64,000 bases of DNA from Mobula hypostoma (taxonomy: Eukaryota). Positions 38,026 to 49,139 of this stretch are shown piece after piece; positions within the stretch are counted from its first letter, which is position 1; every line of letters starts with the position of its first letter. A program made the translations under genes and the position numbers. The notes beneath the pieces are model-generated. The model had not been told where the DNA came from, made no database searches, and saw only the letters and a program-made list of their open reading frames with translations. The stretch is taken from NCBI RefSeq assembly GCF_963921235.1, contig NC_086107.1, forward strand, positions 110,672,001 to 110,736,000, given 5' to 3'.

Positions 38026-38657
38026 GGTGTGTGTGTGTGTGTGTGTGTGTGGTGTGAGTGTGGGGTGTGAGTGTGTGTGGTGTGAGTGTATGTATGTGTG
38101 TGTGTGTATGTGTGTGTGTGGGGGGGTGTGAGTGTGTGTGTGGTGTGAGTGTGAGTGTGTGAGTGAGTGTGTGGTGTGAGTGTGTGTGTGTGGTGTGAGT
38201 GTGTGTGTGGTGTGTGTGTGTGTGTATGTGTGTGTGGTGTGAGTGTGAGTGTGTGAGTGAGTGTGTGGTGTGAGTGTGTGTGTGTGGTGTGAGTGTGAGT
38301 GTGTGAGTGTGTGTGTGGTGTGTGTGTATGTGTGTGTGGTGTGAGTGTGTGTGTGGCTGTGTGTGGTGTGAGTGTGTGTGTGTATGTGTGTGGGGTTTGA
38401 GTGTGTGTGTATGTGTGTGGGGTGTGAGTGTGTGTGTGTCTCTGTGTGTGGTGTGAGTGTGTGTGTATGTGTGTGGGGTGTGAGTGGGGTGTGAGTGTGT
38501 CTCTGTGTGTGGTGTGAGTGTGTGTATGTGTGTGTGGTGTGAGTGTGTTTGTGTCTGTGTGGGGTGTGAGTGTGTGTATGTGTGTGGGATGTGAGTGTGT
38601 GCGTGGAGTGTGTGTGTGTGTGTGTGTTTGTGTGTGTTTGAGAGAGAGAGAGAGAGA
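38026..38657. repeat. Compound (GT)n / (GA)n microsatellite
   Basis: ~630 bp of gtgtgt/gtgagt units ending in (ag)n. Confidence 0.95.
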
Positions 38658-41594
38658 AAATTCATCCTGTTACTTCCATTGCTTCCTGCCAGACAATGAA
38701 TCTAACTTCATTATAAATGCAAGAGAGCAATGTATGTGAGATAACATTGTATTGGCATCAGGGAGAATGGGAAGTGTTAAAGAAACACTTCAATCCCATC
38801 TTGGAAGCTTATGAATTGCCTGATGTTTGTTGGATATACTGTTACACCTCGATCCGTGGCTAAATCATTGGAGAGGGCAGGAGAATGGGGTCGAGAGGGA
38901 TAATAAATTAGGAATGATGGAATGGCAGAACAGACTCGATGGGCTGAATGGCCTGATTCTGCTCCTTTGTCTTATAGTCTAAATGTAAAATCCCTAGCTT
39001 CTATCAGAAGTGAGTTCTCACAGAGTAATTTAAGTCTGTGTGGAGCAATGCCTTTTGAAGTGTGGTATGTCTTTTGAAGCAGCATGAGATGGTAAATTTA
39101 AGGTTCATATTGTACTGTGTATTCAGGCCGTGAAGCAACAGCATTGTTAAAGTCGTTCCAATTCCCATTCAGATTTAGTTAGTGCATGCATATGTTAACG
39201 TGCAGTGAAATGTGTCGTTTGCCTCAGCAACCAACACCCCCAAGACGTGCTGGGGGCAGCCCGCCAGTGTCCCCACACATGCCAGCCCCACCATCGTGTG
39301 GCCATGATGCTCGGCAGAACAACACAAACTGCAACAGCAGCAAAATAAAGCAACAACAGTGAAACAAGCTCCTTTCCCACCCTATCTGACACACACAGAC
39401 AGATCCTACTCCTCAACCATCGGGTTCTAGGACTAGAGAGGACAACTTCACTTGCCCCATCACTGAACCACTCCCACCACCTATGGACTCACTTTCAAGG
39501 ACCTGTCATCTCATGTTCTTGTTTTTTTGCTTAATTAATAATAATAATAATAATAATTATTATTATTTTTTCCCTTTTTGTATTTGCACTGTTTGTTGTC
39601 TTTGCACATCGCTGTTTGTCTGTCCTGTTGGGTGTGGTCTTTCATTGATTCTATTGTGTTTCTTGTACTTACTGTGAATGCCCGCAAGAAAATGAATCTC
39701 AGGGTTGTACGTGGTGACATATACTGTACTTTGATAATATATTTAATTTGAACTTTGAACTTTGTGAAGCATTCTACTACAATATTGTATCACATCTGTG
39801 GTAAATACTGTGTAGGACAAACATCCTCTGAAAAATGAAGAAATTTCTTCCACTGTTGTGCAGCTTCTGGAAGGAATTATTCCCTGCAGATACTTAGTGC
39901 TGCCCTCCAGTGTTTGCTCAGTGGACACTGTCATTCAGGGGCTTGGGCTATATTACCTTTTTTATTTTGTGAATGTATGTTTTTCCGAAATAACCTTATG
40001 TGTTTTTTGTGCTGTGTGCTGTTGGTAACGTGTTTTGCACCTTGGCACCAGAGGAACACAGTTTTGTTTGGCTGTATTGAATGATAATTAAACTTGCACT
40101 TGAACTCCTTTAGGCTGTTGATCATGGAGTGGGGAGCAGGTGTGGAATAACTGGGGGGAGCAGAGAAGGCTTGTTTGGACAGGAAAACAGAAACTCTGGG
40201 GACTGATAAACAGCATCAGACATGTGTAGAGGGATCAGGGTTCTGGGTCAGACAGTGGTCGAAGGGTTAGCATTGGACTTCAGCATCAGGGATCGAGGTC
40301 AGAAGGGTTTGGACAGCAGGATTAGTTGTTGCGAGAGCATATATGAATTTGAAAAGATTACCTTTATTTGTCACACGTACAGCGAAATATGTAGTTAAGT
40401 GCTTCATTCGGGTCAAATCAAATCTGCGAGGATTATGCTGGGCAGCTGATTGGAGGATGGGCTGAATGCCTCCTTGGAAGAATTGTAACATCTCTGCTGA
40501 TTCCAGGGGGTGAGTGGCTTATGGCTGCTGAAAGTGTGGATGAAGCATTTAAGATGGCCACATGTTAACAGTGGAAGGGGTGCACAAATGACCTATATGC
40601 CTACCTATTGGCACCTCCGACCTCAGAATCCACAGATCTTCAGTGGATTGTCCTCTTTGATCTGGGAGAGACTGACAAAGATGGTATAAGACCATCAGAT
40701 ACAGGAGAAGAACTTAGCCATTCAGCCCATTAAGTCTGTTCCACCATTCCATCATGGCTGATTTATGTTCTCTCTCAACTTCATCTTCCTGCCTTCTCCT
40801 CATAAACTTTGACTAATCAAGAACCAATTGTCCTGCCCATTAAATACTGTATAGCCAATGGATTGGTCCTAGACTCCCCCACATCCTCTCTATGTCCACG
40901 CTATCTAGATCTTTCAATATTCAATAGGTTTCAGTGAGATCCCCCACCCCCAGTTCTCTAAACTCCAGTGAGTACAGGCCAGAGCCATCAAACACTCCTC
41001 ATACCCTTTCATTTCTGGGATCAACCTCATGACCCACCTCTGGACCCTCTCCAATGCCAACAGAGGTCCAAAACTGCTCAGAGTGCTCCAAGTGAGGTCG
41101 GCCCAATGCCTTATACCTCCTCAGCATTGCATCCTTGCTTTTATATTCTAGTCCTCTCAATGCCAGCATTGTCCTTTCTTAGATATGGGCAGCATGGTAG
41201 CGTGGTGGTTAGCACAACGCTTTATGGTACCAGCGATTCAGGCCACTTTTCCTCGTGACCATGTGGGTTTCCTCTGGGTGCTCCGGTTTCCTCCCACAGT
41301 CCAAAAGATGTACTGGTTGGTAGGTTAATTGGTCATTGTAGGTTGGCTCACGATTAGGCTAGGGTTAAATCGGGCGTTTCGTTGAGCGGCCTACTCTATG
41401 CTCTATCTCAATAAATAAATAATACCTTGCAAAGTTGGTCTTGAACCTTTGGGATTTAGATGGCAGATTTTCCATACCATTTAATATTGCTCCTATTAAT
41501 ACATCAAGTTTAATTTGCTGTTATTTACGTATTACACAATAGTGTAAGGGGTTTAGTTTAAAATGAGCATGAGAAATAAGACTTTGATATATAA

Positions 41595-41983
41595 ACTCTT
41601 CTTGGGGCTTTCAGCCGGGTCCAGGTGTTGCTCTTAACTGATGTTTCGATGACAAACTCTGCCGTCTTCATCAGGGATGATACCTAGACATGTCTAGTCC
41701 AGTGGTATATGTACTCAACTTCAGCCTTCCATCCGCCTGATTGGTTAGTCCTCAACCAATCAGATTTCTGCTCTCCTGGTTGAGAACTAACCAATCAGGT
41801 GGATGGAAGACAGGAGTTGAGTATATTTACCACCAGACCAGACATGCCCAGACATCATCCCTGATAAAGATGGCAGAGTTTGTCCTTAAAACATCAGTTA
41901 AAGTTGCCACCTGGACCCTGCTGAAAGCCCAAGAAGAGTGTATGTGTCATATACACCGGGGAAACACCAGGTCCTTTTCCAGG
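41595..41983. mobile_element. Fold-back Penelope-type pLTR pair (third family) with hammerhead motif
   Basis: 41595-41760 vs 41777-41939 are inverted. The - strand reads CTGATGA-AGACGGCAGAGTTTGTCATC-GAAACATC. Degenerate TSD gactttgaYatat on both sides. Confidence 0.75.
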
Positions 41984-43119
41984 ACTTTGACATATTTAAA
42001 AAAACGAGGCCTTGGTAGCTTTAAAGGGAGTGCTGACGGAAACGAAACCTAGTGAGACATACTGAACCTTGGGGACTTCTTAACATCCAGATGGAGGATT
42101 ATTGGCGTATCATTACACCAGGTACAATGTAGCGTAGTTATTTTAAAGAATTATTTAGCCTCAGTTGCTTCATGTGAGCATTTTAATGCACACCAGTGAC
42201 AGCAAAAGGTAGAGTTATATTGTAACATTACAGGACTATTGATCCAGAAATAAGAGCTTGAATTCCTCGCAAGTGCATGAGGGGAAATTACATTAAAGTA
42301 CAAATATTGAACTAGTAAAAGAGATAATCTCAGTAACGGTGACCACAGAACTACTGGTTACGGCTAAACCTATATCTGGTTCACCAGTGTTCTTAGGGGT
42401 AGAGTGCCTTCCATATCCAGTGTCTCCCAAAGTTCAAAGTTCAGAGTAAGTTTATTGTCAAAGTACATAAATGTCACCACATATGACCCTGAGATTCATT
42501 TTCTTGCAGGCATACTCAATAAATCCAATACCCATAATAGAATCAATGAAAGACCACACCAACGGGACGGACAACCAGTCTTCAAAAGAAGGCAAACCTT
42601 GCAAATACATAAAGAAGTAAAGAGTAATAATAAATACATAAGCAATAAATATTGAGAAGGTGAAATGAAGAGTCCTTGAGAGTGAGTCCATAGCTTGCGG
42701 GAACATTTCAATGATGGGTTACGTGAACTTGAATGAATTTATCCCTTTTGGTTCAAGAGTCTGATGGTTGAGGGTTAATAACTGTTTCTGAATCTGTTGG
42801 CGTGAGACCTGAGGCTCTTGTACCTTCTTCCTGATGGCAGCAGTGAGAAGAGAGCTTGGCCTGGATAGTGGGTGGTCTCTGATGATGGATGCTGTTTACT
42901 TGTGACAACACTCCATGTAGATGTGGTCAGTGGTGGGGAGGGCTTTACCCATGATGGACTGGGCCGTATCCACTACTTTCTGTAGGATTTTCTGTTTAAG
43001 GGCTTTGGTGTTTCCATACTAGGCTTGATGCAGCCAGTCAATATACTCTCCACCACACATCTACAGATTAGGTGTAAAACTCAGTTTGACTCCTTCCTCA
43101 GTTGAAGAGTGCTTAGGGC

Positions 43120-43540
43120 TTAGCCCCCTGCTCTATTCGCTTGATACTTATGGCTGTGAGGCTAAGCACAGTCCCAATGCCATATTCAAGTTTGCTGATG
43201 ACACCACTGTCATGGGACCGACTCAAAGGTGGTCATGAATGATCATATAGAAGGGAAATTGGAAATCTGGGTGAATGGTGCCACAACGACAGCCTTTCAC
43301 TTAATGTCAGCAAGACCAAGGAGCTGATTATTGACTTCGGGAGGAGGAAACAGGACGTCCAAGTGCCAGTGCTCATCAGGGGATCAGAGGCGGAGAGGGT
43401 CAGCAACTGTCAATTGCTCAGTGCTATCATTTCAGAGTATCTGTCCAGTGTTAGGGTGATTGTCTGCAGGAAAACAAATCTCAGGGTTGTAATGGTGACA
43501 GAAATGTACTTTGATAGTAAATTTACTTTGAACTTTGAAC
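43120..43540 (+). mobile_element. Rex/Babar-type LINE RT fragment with 3' tail (internally deleted)
   Basis: KFADDTTV, WCH..SLSLNVSKTKELIIDFGRR motifs; (TTTGAAC)n tail. Confidence 0.75.
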
Positions 43541-43639
43541 AACTGCTGGCATTGCTAGTGAAGTTCATATAATGTACACATACAACGGCACGCATCCAGA
43601 GTATGCAATGGAATATGTCTGAAGTCATGAAGGCAATTA

Positions 43640-44190
43640 CACTCACTGGTCTCTGTATTAAGTCCCTCCTGTATGTAATAAAGTGGCTGCTGAGGGCACG
43701 TTCATGGTCTTCTGCTGCAGTAGACCATCTGCTTCAAAGTTCCACGTGTTGTGCAATTGGAGATGGTCTTCTGCTCACCACTGTCGCAACGCATGGTTAC
43801 TTGAATTACTGTCGCCTTCCTATCATCTTGAACCAGTCTGTCCATTCTCCTCTGATCTCTCTCATTAACAAGGCATTTTCACTCACAGACCTGCTGTTCA
43901 CTGCATGTTGCTTTCTGTTTTTTTTTGCACCACTCTGTGAAACTCTAGAGATTATTGTACATGAAAATCCCAGGCGAACGGCAGTTTCTGAGATACTCAA
44001 ACCACCCAGTCTGGCACCAACAATCATTGCACGATCAAGGTTACTTAGATCACATTTCTTTCCCGTTCTGATGTTTGGTCTGAACAACAAATGAACCTCT
44101 TGACCATGTCTGCATGCTCTTATGCATTGAGTTGCTGCCACCTGATTGGCTGATTAGATATTTGCATGGACAAGCAGGTGTACCTAATAA
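43640..44190 (-). mobile_element. Tc1/mariner deletion derivative (same family as 3650-4211)
   Basis: GKKCDLSNLDRAMIVGARLGGLSISETA; TIR tacactcactgg... Confidence 0.85.
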
Positions 44191-44276
44191 TGTTTCAATT
44201 CAGTGGGCTCATTGGGACTGAATGCATGTCAATAAGTCCACAGGGCAAAATCAGCCAGTCAACCTGCCCTGTTTTA

Positions 44277-44730
44277 TAAGACCATGAGATATAGGAGCAG
44301 AATTAGGCAATTTGTCCCACCAAGTCTGCTCTGCCATTTCATTATGGATGACGCATTTTCCTCTCAGCCCCAATCTCCTGCCTTCTCCTTGTATCCCTTC
44401 ATGCCCTGATCAATCCAGAATCTATCCACCTCTGTCTTAAATATACATAAAGACTTGGCCTCCGCAGCTGCCTGTGGCAAAGAATTCCACAGATTCACCA
44501 CCCTCTGGCTAAAGAAATTCCTCCTCATCTCCGTTCTAAAAGGACGCCCCTCTATTCTGAGGCCGTGTCCCCTGGTCTTAGACTCGACCACCATAGGAAA
44601 CATCCTCTCCACATCCAAGGCCCTTCACCATTCAATAGGTTTCAATCAAGTCACCCTCAATCTTCTGAATTCTGGTGAATACAGGCCCAGAGCCATCAAC
44701 TGCTCTTCATTTGACTCGTCATTTAATCCT
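44277..44730 (-). mobile_element. CR1 LINE 3' end, immediately upstream of the GluN2 exon
   Basis: ERMFPMVVESKTRGHGLRIEGRPFRTEMRRNFFSQRVVNLWNSLP. Confidence 0.9.
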
Positions 44731-44797
44731 GGACATTTGAGATATGCTGCTTACTTTGTTTTAACGCTTGGATTCTCTATTGCAGGGAATAAATTCA

Positions 44798-45205
44798 ATG
44801 AAGATGAGGCACATGGGCTTGCAATTCCTGAAGGTTTTATTAATTCTCGTGTCTCATGTGGTTTGGGCGAAAGGGATCATGAAGAGCAACCCCACCCTGA
44901 ACATTGCCGTGATCCTCGGAGGCACATCCTGCGAGATGGACATCAAAGACGTTCTGAACAAAGATGACTTCCAACACTTGCCCATCGACCCCAACGTGGT
45001 ACAGGTCACGGTCAACGAGACCGACCCCAAGAGTATCATCACACGCGTGTGCGACCTCATGTCGGGGATGAAGATGCACGGCGTGGTGTTTGGCGATGAC
45101 ACCGATCACGAGTCCATTGCAGAAATTTTGGATTTTATTTCCGCTCAGACTATGATCCCAATTCTTGGAATACACGGTGGTTCTTCGATGATTATGGCAG
45201 ACAAG
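44798..45205 (+). CDS. GRIN2A: First coding exon of an NMDA-type ionotropic glutamate receptor GluN2 subunit (signal peptide + N-terminal part of ATD); GRIN2A favoured, GRIN2B not excluded
   Basis: Translation [26 protein letters not shown]...LNIAVILG...[18 protein letters not shown]...[10 protein letters not shown]...[26 protein letters not shown] matches GluN2A/2B. Acceptor ...ttctctattgcAG (44784-85) with a TTAAC branch-like motif at 44761. Phase-0 donor AAG/GTAAG at 45206 after ...MADK, the exon end known for GRIN2A/B. In-frame ATGs at 44798, 44804 (best Kozak) and 44813. Family call is very secure; paralog call ~0.6. Confidence 0.93.
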
Positions 45206-45339
45206 GTAAGAACTGGTTCTTTCCCTGTTTGTGCTATGGTTGGTGGAAAAGCCTGGATACTTTCTGTTGATACCCATCCCAGGATGGGATGGAATAAGCA
45301 GTCCTATAAAACACAATCTACAAGTACCTGTTATGTACA

Positions 45340-46060
45340 TTGACTGTATGAACATACGCTGACACCTAATGATGCCGATGTATTGGTGATGGAGTGTGTT
45401 AGAGGGTGGAGGTGTTAATCAGCTTGATGACCTGCGGGAAGTTTTGTTGCCCTGGCGTGTATGCAGTGTAGCCTCTTCCTTGATGGGTGTGGGACAAACA
45501 GTCCATAAGCAAGGTGGGTTGCCTTCATAATATTGCTGACCCTATTTCCTCTGGCACCTTTCTGCATATATGTGCTCGATGGTGCTTGCAATGTGTTGGG
45601 CAGTTTTGCCTACTTGTTGTAGATGCCTTGCTGTCTGCTGCAGTGCAGTATTCGCTCCGCGCGGTGACGTGTCATGTTCGGATGCCCTCCACTGCGCGTC
45701 TGCAGAAGGTCGTGAGAGTTGATGCGTGGAGCCCAGCCCTCTTCAGCCTCCTCAGGAGGTACAGGGTCGATGAGCTCTCTCGGCTGTGGAGGGCTTGTTC
45801 TGGCACTGTGAGACGTCGTACGAGATGGGCACTCCCAGCAGTTTGAAACTTCTTGTAGTTTCCACCGCTGAGCCGCCGATATAAAGGTGGTGTGGGTTTT
45901 CCTGAAGGCAATAACCATCTCCTTTGTCTTGTTGGCATTGAGGAAGAGGTTATTTGTTGGCATCAGGACTTGCACCTCCTCCCTGTAGGTCGTCTCATTG
46001 TTGTTGGTGAAGATCCCCCACCACGATTGTGACATTGGTGAACTTGACAGTGTGATTGCT
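45340..46060 (-). mobile_element. Old Rex/Babar-type LINE fragment
   Basis: NNETTYREEV, LFLNANKTKEMVI and LYLLRRLKRAGL motifs. Confidence 0.75.
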
Positions 46061-47907
46061 CGGGTATTTGGCTTGCAGACATGAGAAAGTTTAGAAAATG
46101 GCAGTAGCCTTGAGAAGGACAGATGATATATTGTTCTAGAGGATGCAGTAAGTATCATCAGTTCACTGTGTGACCAACAGAATGGGCCTCACTTTGCTCT
46201 GTGATTCTAGGACGACATAAAACTCGAAAGGGTCCAGAGAAAAGTTCAGCGATGTTACTGTAACTGAAAGATTTTAATTCACTGGGGAGGCTGAAGTCCA
46301 GAGTCTGCAGGCCTGAGTCCACGTGTGCTGGAGTCTGGGGGCCCGTCCTGGGATTAGGGGATTGTATTTGTTTGGGTAGGGGGCTTGATTTTGCCATTGT
46401 TGTCTATTGCTTGTTGTGTTCTGTGTTGTTCTGTGGGCATGCTATGTTGATGCTGGAATGTGTGTGTCGACACTTGTGAGATGCCCCCGGTACGTCCACA
46501 GGTGCATAGGCTGTTTACACAAATGACGTATTTTACTAGATAGACTCATGACTAGTAAACTTCAATCTTAAATCTTGATTTATGAGGACCGGCTGAGACT
46601 TTTTTTTACCCTGAAGCACGTTCTGAAACAACGGTAGCCTAGTTGTTAGCATGCCGCTATTAGAGCTCAGGGTGTTCCAGAGATCAGAGTTCAATTCCAG
46701 TGTCCACTATATCTTCCCCATGGAATGTGTAGATTTCCTCCAGGGTCTCTGGTTTCCTCCCACAGTTCAAAGTCGTACCAGTTAAGGTTAATTGGTCATT
46801 GTAAATGGTCCCGTGATTAGTTTAGGGTTAAATAGGAGTCGTTGTGTGTTGCTATGGCAGCACAGCTTGAAGGGCCTACTCAAAGTTCAAAGTTCAAAGC
46901 AAATTTTATTATCAAAGTACATATATGTCACCGTATACAACCTTAACATTCATTTTCCCGCAGGCATACTTGGCAACTCTGTAGAACAGTAACTATAACA
47001 GGATCAGTGAAAGATCAACCAGAGTGCAGAAGACAACAAACTGTCAAATGCAAATATGAATAAATAGCAATAAATAACGAGAACATGAGATAATGAGATA
47101 AAGAGTCCTTAAAGTGAGATCATTGGTTGTGGCAACATCTCAATGGATGGGCAAGTGAGTGTAGTTATCCCTTTTGTTCAAGAGCCTGACAGTTGAGGGG
47201 TAGTAACTGTTCTTAAATCTGGTGGTGTGAGTCCTGAGGCTCCTGTACCTTCTACCTGATGGCAGCAGTGAGAAGAGAGCATAGCCTGGGTGGTGGGGAT
47301 CTCTCATGATGAATATGACTCTGTGCGTATCTCTAAATAAAATAAGACAAAATACATAAAGAGACCTGAGGAGAAGCTTTTTCACTCAGGCAGGAGAGGG
47401 GGGAGGGGGTATATGGAACAAGCTGCCAGATAAGGCTAGAGAAAGCTAAATAGCAACATTTTTGAAGGATATAGGCCAATTGCAGACAAATGGGACTATC
47501 CCCAATAGACATCTTCGCGGGCACATTGATGAGTTTTGCTGAATGATCCGAGACTCAGACACACAGTTTTTTTTTAAAGCCAGTAGAGAGAGGTACCCTT
47601 CCACTGAGCCTTGGGGGTTACATCCATTAAATACTGGCAGAACTCAACAAGTCACGCCACATCTCCGGAGAGGAATAGGCAGTTGACATTTTCTGGCCAG
47701 GCCCTTCATCAGAAGGTCTCGGCCCAAAACATCAACTCTTATTCCTCTCCATTGGTGCTGCCTGACCTGCTAAGTTCCTCCAGCATTTTAAATTCAAGAT
47801 TCAAGAGTCGAGATTGCTTAATGTCATTTCCAGTACACAAGTGTAAAGGGGAATGTGTTACCCTGGGTCTGATGCAGCACAAAAAACCCATAATAAGATA
47901 AAGAACA

Positions 47908-48334
47908 GTCAGTCAGTCAGTCAGTGGGTACCGTCCCGAATCCGCAGTTGGCGGCTATGAACCTCCATCTTCTTCGATCTTGCGCTCTTTTTCTGGCCTC
48001 GGCGTAACTCAACTCAGTCCATTGCCTCACATTATCATACCAAGTGGTTTGCTGCCTTCCTCTTTCCCTCTTTCCTTCTATCATCCCTTCCAATAACAAT
48101 TTCTGCAGCCCACCACCTCTTAACAAGTGCCCGGCATATTCCAGCTTCCTTTTCTGCACTTCTTCAGCAAATCCTTTTCTCTCCTCACTCTCTTCAACAC
48201 TTCCATATTACTGACCTTCATCGCCCACCTAATTTCCTGCATGCTCCTTAAACACCACATTTCAAATGCCTCCAGTCGTCGTCGCATTTCCTTGCATAAG
48301 GTCCACGATTCGACTCCATACAACAGACTGCTCC
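47908..48334 (-). mobile_element. 5'-truncated RTE (BovB/RTE-like) LINE
   Basis: LLYGVESWTL..EMRRRLEAFEMWCLR and KRKLEYAGHLLR...LLEGMIEGKRERGRQ...AQDRRRWR; (ACTG)n tail; 12-bp TSD AGATAAAGAACA (47896-907 / 48335-46). Confidence 0.9.
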
Positions 48335-49139
48335 AGATAAAGAACACAATAATAAAAACACAATAAATATAAATACATAAGATCACTTATGTGCATAAAA
48401 TTGATTGAATGCACATAGGTAACGTTAGGTACAAGAGTGTTTGTACAAAAGGTAACTGTCAGGAGATGACAAAGTAGTGGTGGTTGGGGGTGTGGAGGGG
48501 TGGAGGTGTTGATCAGCTTTTCCGCTTGGGGAAAGGAACCGTTTTTGAGTCTGATGGTCCTGACGTGGATGCTTTGTAGCCTCCTCCCTGATGAGAGTGT
48601 TTTCCGATATCTGCAGAATCTTTTGTGTTATGGATTTCCTCCCGAGGTGATGATGTGCCAACTGATTGGACTGACATAACTACCTAACTGATTGATTATC
48701 TGAGGCCGCACAATGGGATGGATTGAGCTGGGCCAAGCACGGTGCCCAGAGTTGCAGCCTGTGCTCCCTGCCTCTTGATGCTCAGCTGGGCTCTATGTTT
48801 AAAGTTTCAAGTTCAAAGTAAATTTAGTATCGAAGTACATTTATGTCACCATATACTACACTGAGAAATATCTGCGTACTCTCCTGCCGAAGGGTTTCGG
48901 CCTGAAATGTCAACTGTTTACTCTTTTCCTAGATGCTGCCTGGCCTGCTGAGTTCCTCCAGCATTTTGTGTGTTTTACTATCCTGAGATTCATTTTCTTG
49001 CTGGCCCGCTCAATTAATCCAATGGCCACAATAGAATCAATGAAAGAGTGCACCAGCAGGGCTGATTAGAAAATTAGAAATAATAATAATGATATTATAT
49101 ATATTAATATACTGTATGTATTAATATATACACATTAAT

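Noticed and set aside
38021..38665. His/Thr-rich 214-aa ORF
   Set aside because: Translation of a (CA)n microsatellite.
44768..45343. 191-aa ORF as a single-exon gene
   Set aside because: It begins in the polypyrimidine tract and reads through the GTAAG donor; GluN2 similarity stops at ...MADK.
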